Assembly (NCBI GenBank): GCA_051294375.1
Contig: CM119268.1
Span: forward strand, 8,737,008 to 8,801,007
Direction of reading: 5' to 3'
DNA from: Paraspadella gotoi
Taxonomy: Eukaryota > Animalia > Chaetognatha
Length of the DNA: 64,000 bases
Each line of letters begins with the position of its first letter. The first letter of the stretch is position 1. Position numbers and translations under genes: made by a program. Positions 49,001-61,483 of the stretch are shown here, one piece after another. The notes beneath the pieces are model-generated. The model saw nothing but the letters and a program-made list of their open reading frames with translations. It was not told the origin of the DNA and did not search any database.

Positions 49001-51174
49001 CGTCGGTCAGCAAAAAATGTATATCTGTATTGTGCATTTCATTCGCGAACATCGTTTATGTCCAGGATTCACACGGCGAACCATTTCAGCCGATCCATTT
49101 TGGTGGCGTCTACCTCCCTCTTGAATGCGACCCGATCAGCTGCAAACGCTCTCCATTGGTCCTCGCCTATGATGCCGCTCACTTCAGCGCAGTGGTGGCC
49201 ATGGAGGGCCACCCCCCTTGCGACCCCGACGACCCCAAGCGTCGTCTACTGCCCGTCGTTGTGCCCATCGTTGCGCCCGACATGTCGCTGCTTCCTTTGC
49301 ATTTCGCCGTCGATCCTGGTTAGAAAAATTCGAGCTCGTGATTTAATACGATTTCTTCTCACCACTGTTAAGAACTTACAAAAACTTTGTCTTATGAAAT
49401 AAATTTTTTAAACAAATCCTTAATAGCGAAAATTAAACTATGCTTTTCGTTGCGATGTTAGGCGTTGACTTCGATTGGGAAAAGGAGACAAAAAATCCTA
49501 AAATCGCCAAACGACTGGCTCTGACAACGCGAGACAAGCTTGATATGTTGCTCAAATATCTTGACATCGTTAAAATTCCCTTCCCCAAAACCGCTACAAA
49601 GAACGGAACCCTAAAGAAAGGAAACTCCGCCACACCGAAACAGGTAAAGTATGGATTTCAATCGTTATAACTTTAGTATTTATAAATCTGACTCGGTCCA
49701 CTTTACCAAACTTCAGGTTGAGCCTGGCGAGAATCAAAAAAAGTTTTGGATTTGGGGCAACGACGATAAATCGGCTTACGGCGAGGTCGAGTTCGATTCG
49801 AGCGATCAATCAACAAAATCTGTGAGATATTCGTTACCATCCGTCCGTTGCATTTCTTCTTTTATTGCATTCACCTTAGATATTAAATTTTCTCAGATCG
49901 ACAACGATGTCGTGGACTCTGGTTCTCCCCGCCTCGCTCCAGCCCCTACTCCGGAACCACATCCGAATCCACAACCATGTCCGACTCCACCCCCGGAATC
50001 CCATCCCTTATCCCCTGCAGAACTTCCCCCTCCACATCCATTGACATCCCCTTCATCTTCCATGTCGTCAGCGTCCTCTTCCTCCTCCCACCGATCAAAA
50101 ATCGCCCGCGGTTTTGGCAGCATCGGACGATCTGTGTCTAAGAGACTCAAACGTAACTTTGGCTTCGCCTCAAAAAAGTCAACTGTGATTTCGACGACGA
50201 CGCCCTCTGGGGTGGATATCGCCGCGGAGGCGGTCGCGGGCCAAAGAGTCGACGGGGGAATTAACGGGCTGTCAGCGTCCTCCGAGAACATTCTCAAGTA
50301 CGCCGCCGTGCCTGACGAGGAGGCGACGACCGAATCCGGTCTGGCCGCTCGTTTGAGCGACGTGAGCGTGACGACGTCGAGTGGCGCAGAATCCGTCTCG
50401 CCTCGTCGCCACCGACGCTTTTTGTCGTCGGACGAGGGACGCAGCGATGGAAACGTCGCGGTCGGCGCCGACGAAAAATCCAAAACTCTGCCCAAGAGTC
50501 TCCCGGCGTCGCGACGATACGGCGTCACGCTACGTAATCCTTTCTCCACGCTGGAAAGGCAAAAGAACAAGGAACGATTGGCGCCGTCGTCCTCCGTTCC
50601 GACGCTGACGACCCAAATGGTCGGCGACCCCAACAATCTGCTAGCCGCCAAGTTTTGTGCTAACAAGAGACACGAATATCAGAATGAAATGCTGCAAAAT
50701 TACTTGCAGAACGTCAAGGCGAGGTTTGCGGAAGAGAGAAAGAGCAAAGGGACTGAGGAGACCGACAGCAAGAAAGGCTCGACAATGATGAGTCCCAGGC
50801 ACGGATCAAACGCGGAGGTGGCTGTCGATGGCGGCACGTCAACGCGGAACCAGTCAGAGACCGAAACAGTTGTCGACGCTCGGAAAGTTACAGCCTCTCG
50901 TCTCCCCTGCGTATCAACTGGGTGTGCCCACTACGGAACTCCACTCTCCTCGTACCTCTGCGACCATTGCTTCGCTAAACACAAAGAGGAAGCCGTCAAC
51001 GTCGAGGGCGACATTCGAAGACTTAACTCTCCAGTGAAAAAGCAACCGGTTCTCGCCGCCGCTGGAAGGTCGCGGGCGCCGCAACGGGCCGCGTCTTCAA
51101 ACTCTCTTACTGCATCGACGTCGAGCACGGCGAAACTCGATCATGCGACGAGTCATTCTTTGCCTCGAAAATAA
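43062..51174 (+). CDS. OTUD7: OTU deubiquitinase OTUD7/Cezanne-like (UBA-like, OTU and A20 zinc finger; multi-exon)
   Basis: N-terminus [23 protein letters not shown]; GRLNWW; catalytic [12 protein letters not shown] and AYDAAHFSA; [21 protein letters not shown]; zinc finger [10 protein letters not shown]...CDHC. Confidence 0.92.
43650..43949 (+). mobile_element. Family C tRNA/twister LTR derivative with 58-bp terminal inverted repeats
   Basis: TIRs 43650-43707 and 43892-43949 (57 of 58 match), TG...CA ends, TSD CATA on both sides, CTCCCAACCCAAA tRNA-like core and a decayed twister at 43768-43846. Confidence 0.8.
44275..44461. repeat. 87-bp inverted repeat (86 of 87 match) with a 13-nt spacer, Penelope-type inverted terminus
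   Basis: Arms 44275-44361 and 44375-44461. The 13-bp direct repeat GACTTTAATATTA lies at 44266-44278 and 44500-44512. Confidence 0.85.
44325..44367 (-). ncRNA. Minimal type I hammerhead ribozyme (Penelope-associated type)
   Basis: Minus strand AACG-CTGATGA-A-GACTTG-TAAAA-CAAGTC-GAAA-CAT-GTC-TGTT: intact core, palindromic helix III ACATGT, GUC cleavage triplet and a 4-bp helix I. Confidence 0.75.
44513..45420 (-). mobile_element. Decayed Penelope-like reverse transcriptase with C-terminal RT (Naiad-type), in OTUD7 intron 1
   Basis: Frameshifted motifs [40 protein letters not shown] and [15 protein letters not shown]...[10 protein letters not shown]. No endonuclease follows the thumb. Confidence 0.8.
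48022..48151. mobile_element. MITE with ~41-bp TIRs filling most of OTUD7 intron 48013-48160
   Basis: GAAAACGCATTGG...AATTTTACTTTCGCCGAC.GGGGTT is inverted at both ends (37 of 41 match). Confidence 0.8.
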
Positions 51175-52792
51175 TTATTTTTTTAAGAAAAAAGAACGCT
51201 TACAGTCAGAAGAATGATTCGGATAATAATTAGAAAAGAGAGAATCTAGTTTTTTTTTTTTCTGTTTTTTTTTTTCGAGCTTATACGTGTCGTGTAGCTA
51301 TGATTTCGCCTCGGAATCGTTTTTTTTCCTTTGCGCTAAGCGGATTTTCTGTTTCTCAGTTTATCTTCTTCGTCGAGTGTTGTAGCCGAACAATTAAATT
51401 TGTTTTACTCTGTAAAATTTCAAAACAAAAACATAGGACTCTGGCTCTTTTATGTACGTTTTTAAGTGAAAAGTAATTTTTTACTGAATCAATAGTAAAA
51501 CTAAGTCATTGAGACTCCGGAATTTCCATGCTGTTAGTTTTCATGTATGCATCGATAAAAAAGGTATATTTTTACAGTGAAAAAAAGATTAAAAAATGAT
51601 TTATTTGAAATCCAGGAGACTTATGTTTTTGATTAAAAATTTAAAAGAACGAAAAAGAGAGCACCTTTTGGATGCCAAAATATGGAAAATAGATTTTTGG
51701 AAGTGTTTCAAAAGAGTAGTTCCCATTGGCCCCAGTCTATTTTTACACAGTTTTATTTATCTTGTTATGAATATAACTTATTTAAATCCGGTATAAATTG
51801 AATGAATCAGGTTTTTACTATTTTAATGTTTAAAGCCGAAGTTTTATAGAAACTAAGTTAATGTCACGATTTGCCTTAAGATTGCGTTAAGAATCCCTAT
51901 TTTGGGGCCCTTTATTTGCAACAATTGTAATTTTGGGCTTTTTGCATCTACAAATTCCAGAAAACTTGTGAAACTAATATGTTAATATTTTACTTTGTAT
52001 AAGAGCCAGTTATCTTGACAATTTAGATATCTAGACAGAGGATTTCAGAAAACTTTGGGGTTAAAAAATGGTTGTGAAAATCCTGGGATTTCCACTTGGC
52101 AACCAAAATACAAAGAGTCTATTAAAGGTAAGCATCTGTATTCTTCTTTTCAACTCCATGCTCTGCTATAACTTAACATAACATAAGTCGCAGCTAAACC
52201 TTAAATTGTTAACCTAGCTAACCATTGCGTTAACCAAATTCCTAAAGTTTCTTATCTAGATATTTACTCAGTATGCTCAATCCATCAATGAAATTTGCAT
52301 TGCATAGGCATTTTTTTCTTTGACCGTTACTGGTCGGGGGAACTAAAATCTCCCTTTAGGGCATCATCGGCCCACCTTAACGAAAGGGTGTGAGATTTCA
52401 ATCTCTTTGCCGCCTGGGGATTTTGAAAAAAAGCTGAGAAACGCTATCTTGTTTATATCGAGCCGGGTCTAACCCAGAGTTCCGGGGGCAGGCCTATTTG
52501 TTTTTGTACGTTAATGGTCGTCGTTTTTCTGGGCCTCAAAGCGTAACAACAACAAACTCTTTCCACAGCCTTATGTTTGCGAGTGGTCTCGGACATGGGA
52601 TGTATATTGTATATTGAGCTTTTTCATAACTGGTCAAGACATGGTGGCGACAAGAATTTGGAATAATTCAATCCAGACTTTTTAGGGGGGTCGTTTGAAC
52701 AAAAAAAATCAATACTAATTGCGGCGGCGAATCATATGAATAGGGGATGGATGGTAGGTAGGGTGCAGCGAAAGTAATGATAACTGATTTAT

Positions 52793-55482
52793 TCACAACA
52801 ACGACACTTTAGACAAGTTTTCCCGGATAATTGTGTCCATGACTGATTGAAAAACGACTTGAACGTTCGACGTATCTGTGGCGCATGTGAAGTGAGAGTA
52901 GACGACGCGTTTCGCCGTCGATCGCCGCTGGCGCATCAAAAACAGGTTCTGAATATATCTGGCCGCCCTCTCCACGTCGAGGTCCGGTCCTTGGTAGTCG
53001 GGAAAGTAGTATCGCAAGTGTCGCCCTGAGAAGCGAATCTTGTCTTGAAAAAGGTCCGTTTTGTTGAGAAAGAGGATCATGGCCGAGGAACGAAAGTAAG
53101 GGTTGTTGACGATCTGTGAAAACATGCGAAGGCTCTCCTCGAGACGGTTCTTAGATCCGTCTTCGTAGAGGGTCATATCGTAGCCGGAAAGGGCGCTCAC
53201 GAAGAGAAGGGCTTTGACGTTGTCGAAGCACTGAAAGAAAGATTTAATATTTTATGGGGTCGTCATGTTTTTTGGTCAGGCCATAACATTTTTGAGGTCT
53301 GTACCTGAATCCACTTTCGTCGCTCTGACCGTTGACCGCCAACGTCGAACATGCGAAAACATATTCTGTTAATCCTGAATCGGGTCTCGATGACGCCGGT
53401 GGTGCGCACTCGAGCCCGCAGAACGTCGTTGGGCGTCGGACTGTACTTTTCCGAGCAAATCCTCTCCATGTTTTCAAAGTAGTAGACGGCAGAGTCGTTC
53501 AGTTCGTACTCGTAACCTCGAGACACGCACAGTCTGACGCCCTTGTCGTTCCACAGGGATCGAAGCGCCGCTCCGACAAGCGGCTGCATCCGATGAAAGG
53601 CGTCGTAGCATCGCTGGCAAGCCAAGATTGTCTGGGCGTGATACTTGTTTTTGGGGTTTTCCAAGTTGACTCTTAAGAGGCCCATGCCGTTGAGCACGTA
53701 TTTCATAGATTGAACAAGATTGTCCAGGATAGTAGGTTTGAAGGATTCCAGTTCGTCTGAAAGGATTCGATGCTGCGTTATTCGAATTTGAATGGAATCC
53801 GATTAAAAACATTTAAAGATTTTTTAAAAAATTGTGATTTGGCGACTTTCGAAATATGAGATGTTTATTTACTTACCCTCCTTAAAACCGGCGTTGTGAA
53901 TTATTTTCATTTGCTTTACTAACGTGCTCTTTCCACTTTCGCCCGCTCCTAATAAGTATAAAAATAATACGTATTGTAGTTACGAAAAATAATAATAATA
54001 ATAATAATGATTCTTTTTATATTGAAACATTTTGTATGCTTTTGTTCCTGTAATTTCACAATTAAAATTTTTTCAAAGTCAAAAATTCAATTTTATGGGG
54101 AATAAATAAGATTTTGACAATATCGGTAATACTTGAGTAAATATCACTTACACGTGCAGTCTTTTAATTTTTGCCTGTTGTATTTAAAAAAAAATATTGA
54201 CTATTGTATTCTTTTTATTTTTTTTTTTTGAGTTTTGTATTTCCTTAGTTTGTATTCCAGATACTTGAGACTCAAACTTCACATTCTTTCCTCCCCGTCC
54301 GACTTCTCGTCTTTCTTACACCAACCATGACAACGGCCACTCAGCGATTTTGACAACTTTCCGATTCTTTTCGCGGCTAATTCTTTTCTCAACGAATTCG
54401 AAATAACTAAAGTTTGGTGCCAAAAATTGTTAAAAAATCACGTTCTTATGCAAATTCATTGGCCAGCTGCAAATCGTTGAACGATGCCCACTTCCCTCTG
54501 GGCACCCCGCCGCATTCTTCCGCAAAATGGTTTCACTAGTGCCGATCCCTCTGTTTACATAATCCAACCCTAACCGCCCTGCATCCTACCCTCTTTAATT
54601 CCCATCGCCCTTCGTGTCTCCGCCCCTTGGTTCTTGTAATTCAGGAGCGGGTTAAAATCGTGATTGTTCGCTCGAATAATTCTTTTAACAAATACTAATC
54701 GATTATAGTAGACTACGGGACTACAGGTCGAATCGCTGGTTTAACTACGTACTGTATTAAAAAAATAGTTCCAGCACAATTTTTTTTTTGTTTTGAATCG
54801 GTTCCCCTCGAAGTCTTTTCATTAAACCAATTAGGGATAGCATTCCTGACTAGTAGTGGGCGGAAAGAATTTTTCGTTTCTGTTTCACCGTTCGAGGGTG
54901 AAGCGAATGTTTTTATAACATCGACTCCGCCTCGACAAGAAAAAGAGACATCAGTTAAGGGGACTTATTCCCCCCCAATATTTACGAGTTTTTTTCTTGT
55001 AATGAAATTGGTATTACTAATATAAATTATAAAAGTTATACAAATTTTATAAATGAGCTTTTTTACTAAATAATAACATAACAGGGCTCTTCTAGCTTTC
55101 GATCAAGACTTAAACTGCTATAAAGTGAAATAATATTTTCATAAACTGTTTTAATTGTATAAAAGAACCTCTGTATAGTTCAGACTGGGTATGTTGGGTT
55201 AAACACTAAATCGAAGGATTAAGATGTATAATTGTATTGCACTGTTGCTGTACTGTACTGTACTGTTGCAACCTAATCATTTTTATTTAGTTAAAATATC
55301 AAAACTAATATTTCGAGAATTATTTTAAATCAAACTGTTTTTATTTTCCCTTTCTCACCGAGCAAAAGAATCTTAACGACGTTTTCCTCTTCACGGGCTT
55401 CCGCCTCCAACATCCGGTCAATCGCCTCGGAACGCAATCGCGCTTTCTTTTCTTCCTCGTCTAGACTGAGGCAGCCTCCCAT
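52793..55482 (-). CDS. GNAV: Heterotrimeric G protein alpha subunit, Gv class (exons 55482-55359, 53948-53877, 53756-53305, 53230-52793)
   Basis: [24 protein letters not shown] and TCAT motifs. Gv-like signatures [35 protein letters not shown] and C-terminal ENLSKVSLL. Confidence 0.85.
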
Positions 55483-57402
55483 CATAACGCTGAATCTGAT
55501 GGTCGCATTCTAAGAACTTTTACATTCTGTTAATAGTTGAGGTTTTCAATGTTTAAATTAGATTGCTTGTTGAATTTATTTCATTCCATTTTCCAGGCAT
55601 TCACAGAATTTTTTCGTTTGAGGACTTCGGGGTTGCTTTTCGGTTTTTATTAACGAAAAAAAAAGCGAGTGACCGAGGTTTTGTTTTGAGGGTCTTTTTT
55701 AGGACGACGATACCGAAACGAAGATCTCATTCAGCGAGAGATACCGAAAAAATCGAGGGATGAGTCCCCGCCAAGATCAGTCTAGTCGCATTCCTTTTAG
55801 GGATGAAGAAAAGGATGTGGTCTCTTTTCTTATCGTGGTCATCGACTGGTTTTTTTTCCCCTTCTTCAAAATAAAGAAGGCGCTGTTTTCACGGCTTCTG
55901 GTCTTCGTTCGTGAATGGAATGTTCGAAAAAAGAAAAACAATGATCGAAAGATAGGCTGCGTAAAAGAAAATGGTTTGAAAGTTCAAAGGAAAAGCACCA
56001 AATTGAATTTAGTCTAATTAAAATTTTATTCGAGGTGAAGTTTGTCTTTAGTTTAATTACTTGTGAGGTTAGGTAAGATAAAGCAGTAATACGTTTTTCC
56101 GTTGGCGGGTAAAATTTTTATCAGTAGGAATCACCTCAGGAAGTTATCGAATGTATTGTTTCAATCGCATGAAAACATTTATTTTTCGACAATGGCGTTA
56201 ATCGAGCGGACAACTCCGAACAGTAAAGAAACGAGTCGAGACGAGGAACGACAAAACGATGATCGAGAAGATTTTGGCGATGCGAGGCCAAGGCACTGCC
56301 TGGGCTCTTGAGCCTTCGATAAATGCAGAGGGATCAGAGCGAGAGGGTGAGGAAGAGAGAGAGAGAGAGAGAGAGCCCGAGATACTCGGGCTGCACTTTC
56401 GTCGCGTTTAAAACCAACTTGATCGAATCGAAGGTATTTCTTGTCTTTAAAAACGGGAGCAGATATCAATGATAGTGGGACACAAGATAGAGAAACCAGT
56501 AATTTTTTTTGGAATGCCACTTGCCAAGTTTATGGAATTAAAGTGTCCTATTGGGGGTGGGGGGGGGAATATAAGTACAGTTTGCTGTTATTTATGAGCC
56601 TTCGAATGTTCACGTTCACACATAATTAAAAACATTCTATTTTTTATTTGTGCCAATTAAATTCAGGTCTTGGACTAAAATAATATTTTGAACTGACTCA
56701 ATTAAAATCTTAAAACGTTTCCGCCCTACGTTTTATCGCCTGAACATTTTGGTTCTTGTTCCCTCGCCTTATCGAATCAACCAGCACGCAAAGAGAGCCA
56801 TTTCATGCTGAGACGTAGGTCGGTACCCTTTTTTTTAAAGTCGATCCTTGTATTTTCCCGCCACGTCAACAAAAAAATGGAACATGCCTAGACCGTAGCA
56901 CGCGTTCCTCAGCTTTCTCCTTGTAAACACTCAACAATGTTTAAACTTCCCTTCCAACAACTACAACCTCTACTTTTCGTTTCGTCTTCTGCTTTAAAAA
57001 CCTACTTTTCGCGTTAGGTTGTGAATCTCCAACCCGATTCGGCGAAGAGTCGGGACGAAGAGAGGTGATTCGTTGCTTCCTCTCTCACGCAAACGAGAAA
57101 AAATGCCTTGACCCAAATGTTGGAGATCGGCAAACGCGGCGTTTTTCTCTGAATCGCTTTTGTTTTATGGGCTCTCTGCTTAGGCCTGGCTTCTTGACTT
57201 CATTCAAGCGACTCGACCCATGCATTTACGGTTGGCAATCTTATTCCCGGGAAAAAACTGGTAAATTTCCGCCCTACTTTTTTTTTAAAAAACTCGTGTA
57301 AATTTAAAGAAAAAACCATCTATGCAGCTGGACGCTCTCTCTGATTCGGTCTGGTCATCGAATCCTGATCGACCAACTCGATCACCTGTCGGGCATGGTG
57401 TT

Positions 57403-59198
57403 ATGGCACTTGACTTTGCCGCAGGCTGTGCAGGAGGTGAGTTCTACTTCTAATGATAAACCTTCAGCATTAACATAATATTTATCATAGTTTTTTTCAT
57501 CACTTGAGCTCTTTCTCGTAGTTCTGACCAAGCTCAATAGTCAATAATCTAAATGTTTCTCCTTTTGTTGTCATCTAGGAGTCGCCGGTGTACTCGTGGG
57601 ACATCCTTTTGACACAGTCAAAGTACGCTTACAATGTCAAGATTCTCAAAATAAAATTTACCGCGGAACCTTCGATTGCTTACGAAAAATCGTTGTCAAA
57701 GAGTCCGTAAGTTTGACGTGCTAACTGTTTCAATTCGGTAAAAATTATCGTACTTAGACCGAATAACATTTTTACAAAGAAAGAAAGATGATTTTAATTT
57801 CTGTTGATATTTTTCTTTGCTCAGCCCCTTGGTTTGTACGCCGGCGTCACATCTCCCTTGTTCGGACTCGCCTTCATCAACGCCGTCGTTTTCGGCGTAC
57901 AGGGAAATGTCGGACGTCGCTTTTCCGAACCCAACTCTCTCAAGTCTCTCTTTATTTCCGGTGGGGTGGCGGGATTCGCGCAAACATTCATCTGCTCTCC
58001 CATGGAGCTGACAAAAACTATCGTGCAGGTACATGCTAGGATTCTTTTTTATATTTTTTCAAAAAATGTAAATCAAAATGTAAATCATATACTAGGTAAA
58101 AATAAATTTGAGTTGCAAGCACTATGTAATAGCCGTAGGCCGATAAATGAAACTTAACCCCTGAAAAGACAGTAATAATTGTGACAGAACCGTTCAATAT
58201 AAGAAGTCCCTGAACCCCGAACCCCGCACCAATGGCCGCTGATGAACGGTTGGTGGATTTTAGTCCACCATACCCCAATTATTTATTATTAGTTAACTAA
58301 TGTTTGTTAACATAAGAACGGAGACGATAAATTTTATTTAACTACATCGTCGAGAAAGGGGGGGCCTGGAGCTGCAGTTTCGGATCTAGCAGCAGCCCAG
58401 CAAGTTATCCTTAGCATTTCTAAATTGAATTTCTAAAATGAATTTTTTGAATTATTACTTGTATGACAATATATCATTTATATTGCGATTAATTAAGGGC
58501 ATTAATACTGCCATTATTGATTTAAGGAATCCAAAATTATAATGCCATGAACCTATAGTCACTTGCTTACTTCTTCAGGTGCAGCACGATCACCCCAACG
58601 CCCCACAGTACAAATCTCCCCTCGATTGCTTCATTAAACTTTTTAAGTCTTCTGGATTCCGCGGAGTTTTTCGCGGGTTCGGACTAACAACGCTGCGAGA
58701 AGTTCCTTCATTCGGAACCTATTTCGTCAGCTATGAGGTGCTCTGCCGTAACTCTCCAGACCCGGCCTCGATCAAGGTATCATAATTTAACAAAGTTCAT
58801 TATTGTTGCGAATAATGTTGCGTTTTTGTGGTGATCATAGCAGCCCAAGCTCAAGCTAAAGGAAAAATTGTTCTAAAATTTAATTCTGCTTCTTTCAGGG
58901 ACTCTCATATCTCCTCCTGGCGGGAGGTTTGGCCGGCTGTTGTTCTTGGGTGGTCACTTACCCAGTCGACGTGATAAAATCTCGCTTTCAGGCCGACGCG
59001 GCGTGTCCGAACCCGATGTACAAAAACGCGCGGGACTGCGTCATTCAGTCCTACCGCGCCGAGGGATGGCGCGTGTTCTTCACGGGCCTGGCGCCCACGT
59101 TAGTTCGGGCTTTCCCCACCAACGCCGCCACTCTCACAGTCGTCACCCTCATTCTCAAATATTGCAAGAACGATTCGGACGTGGATACGAACTGCTGA
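57403..59198 (+). CDS. SLC25A29: Mitochondrial carrier SLC25A29-like (basic amino acid/ornithine carrier; 5 exons)
   Basis: MALDFAAGCAGGVAGVLVGHPFDTVKVRLQ, SPMELTK, YPVDVIKSRFQ and RAFPTNAAT: three carrier repeats. Confidence 0.85.
58162..58272 (-). mobile_element. Internally deleted solo LTR, family A
   Basis: Termini TATGGTGGACTAAAATCCACC...TTTTCA with TSD CCCC at 58158-58161 and 58273-58276. Most of the tRNA and twister is deleted. Confidence 0.88.
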
Positions 59199-60454
59199 CC
59201 GGCTCTTCGTTGCCGATGCGATCAACTAACGACGCGAAAATCGGTGCTATGAAGTATTTATGGTGATTACCACTTAAATACAATAATATAAAATAAAAGT
59301 GGATCATCATGACAAATCTGCGGGGCGGTAATTTAAAATTAGATGACAAACGAAACTAATATTTGGTCGAAATTGAGACAACCTAGACAAGTAGACATAG
59401 GTAGATATGAAAAAGGACATTTTACAATAAGAAATACGTATTAGGACTAAGTAATAAAACAAGTTAGACGCCGTTAGAGATTGACATGAGGATAAGATGA
59501 ATGTTGGAAATTATAGAGTGAAAAAGAGAAACGACATAATATTAGAGACAATTTAGACTGAGTTTCTGACAGTTAAACATGATTGTTCTCTATATTTACA
59601 AGGCACAAATCCTATTTAGATTATTGAATAGTTTTTATTCGGCCTAGACAAAATTCTCAAAATTTCTCAATTTTCCTACCTTTTGTTTTTCATCGTTCAA
59701 TTATCAAAATAGCTTAAATTTGACGAAAAATTCTATCAATCAGGATTTTACAATGTTTAATTGTCTTTTTATAATTTTTTTTTCTTATTTAAACTCAGTG
59801 CCCTACCAATTCAAATTTTTTTAAAATTTAAATTTATAGCTTGATATAGATGTGCAATGTTAAGTGTTTTCTCCCACAGCTTTGCGCTTACGACAAAGCT
59901 TGTGTATACATGTATACATGTTACAAGGTTGTGCTACTGTTATGAGGACTAAAAAACTTCATGCGACTAACTAAGGCGTAATAACTATCATGCTTACACA
60001 CATAGTTAATTTTATTTTTATCGCCTTCAAGATTTTTATCTAGTCTTTTCTATATCTAAATTTACATTGTCGACTAAAATAACAATTTTATTTTTTCCTT
60101 CAGAACTTGGGCACTTTTCAGTTTTCATCTTTACGTTACTTGGGAAAATAAATAGTAATTGACTTGCTAATTAATATCAAATTAAGTAGAGAATTTATTT
60201 GAGTTCATAGAAAAATCATAGGAATTTAATTTTATCATTTTTTTTCTCCCAATTTATACTGAAATTTGTAGATGCTTGTTAATTACTAGCTGTTGCTGTT
60301 AGTTAACATATACACTTGTTGAAAATGTTTTCATTAGTTCTATATTTTTTCGTTCATTTTAACCAAAAATGTTTCAGCGAGGTTGAATAATTAGGTATAA
60401 ATTTATATAAATTTACTGCAGCTAGTTATTGTTATTTTATTCTCTATTTATTGT

Positions 60455-61172
60455 TTATACTGTCGTATCAGTTACTTCACGTTCTATCCAGCCCTTGTAA
60501 GCAGAGACTTCGGTATAAACTCCGGGCAGATTTTCGCATGTGGAGGTAGCGAACGAAGCCACCCCTGCGACATTCCACCGACCCCTTTGGTCTTTGCAAA
60601 CGAGAGCGCCTCCTGAGTCCCCGCTGCAAGGACCGTAGTCGGGCCATCTTCCGTCGTGACCAAAACCCAACATTTCTGAGGATAAAAAAAGATACTAAGG
60701 AATGATCTAAAAAGGAAGGTTTCAGTCGCGAATACGACTTCTCACCCGACCGTATCTTCTTTCCCCAAGCCTTCGTAAGCGGTTCACGTGTCCAAACTCT
60801 CCCGGCCACCTTTTGCATGACGTCCGGGGAATCCCATATTCTTGCGTTGACGTATCCCCATCCAGATATCCAGCAGTTGGTGGAGCCCCTGAAATCCACC
60901 CCTGACAAAGGGAGACATACTGGGCCGACGAATTGGCTCGTCAGGTCAATATTTCCGGAAACCTAGGGCCAATCAAATGTGTAATGGACAAAAATGCCGA
61001 GTGCCTTTAAAGTTTAAACGCCCTCGGTCTTCATGACCTCACCTTGATCAAAGCTAAGTCATTTTCTAGTTTTCCCCGTTTGATTCCACTGAGGATGAGG
61101 AAGTATTATCTCGGCTGCGAAATCTTTTTCCGTCGAGTCTTTTTCGTACAAGTGAAGTTCCCCGATGCGGAC
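60455..61172 (-). CDS. S1 serine protease, 3' part only (catalytic Asp and Ser exons present; His exon not found)
   Basis: VRIGELHL...ENDLALIK, VGPVCLP, CWISGWG, PCSGDSGGALVC and PGVYTEVSAYKGWI, with intact GT-AG introns. Confidence 0.8.
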
Positions 61173-61483
61173 CTGTAAATGTGGGCTAGTATTGGCATTC
61201 TCTCTTGTTCCGTAATCTGTAATTTGTTTATTAAGCTCCTTGAATCGTGTGCATTGCTTTTCAAGGGATTTGATTTCGTTTTATACCTACGTACCTCACT
61301 GTAAATTTCCAGATAAATGCATCGACTAAGTAATTTAAATTTATCTTGTATTTATGACGCAATTTTTTTGTTCTTATTGGCTCTGCTTACGCAAACTACT
61401 ACTGATCGACTAAAAAGGAAATATCCTCAACCTTCCTATGTAAAATTTTAAAAAAAGAAGAAAAAATTGGACGCTTTTTTATT

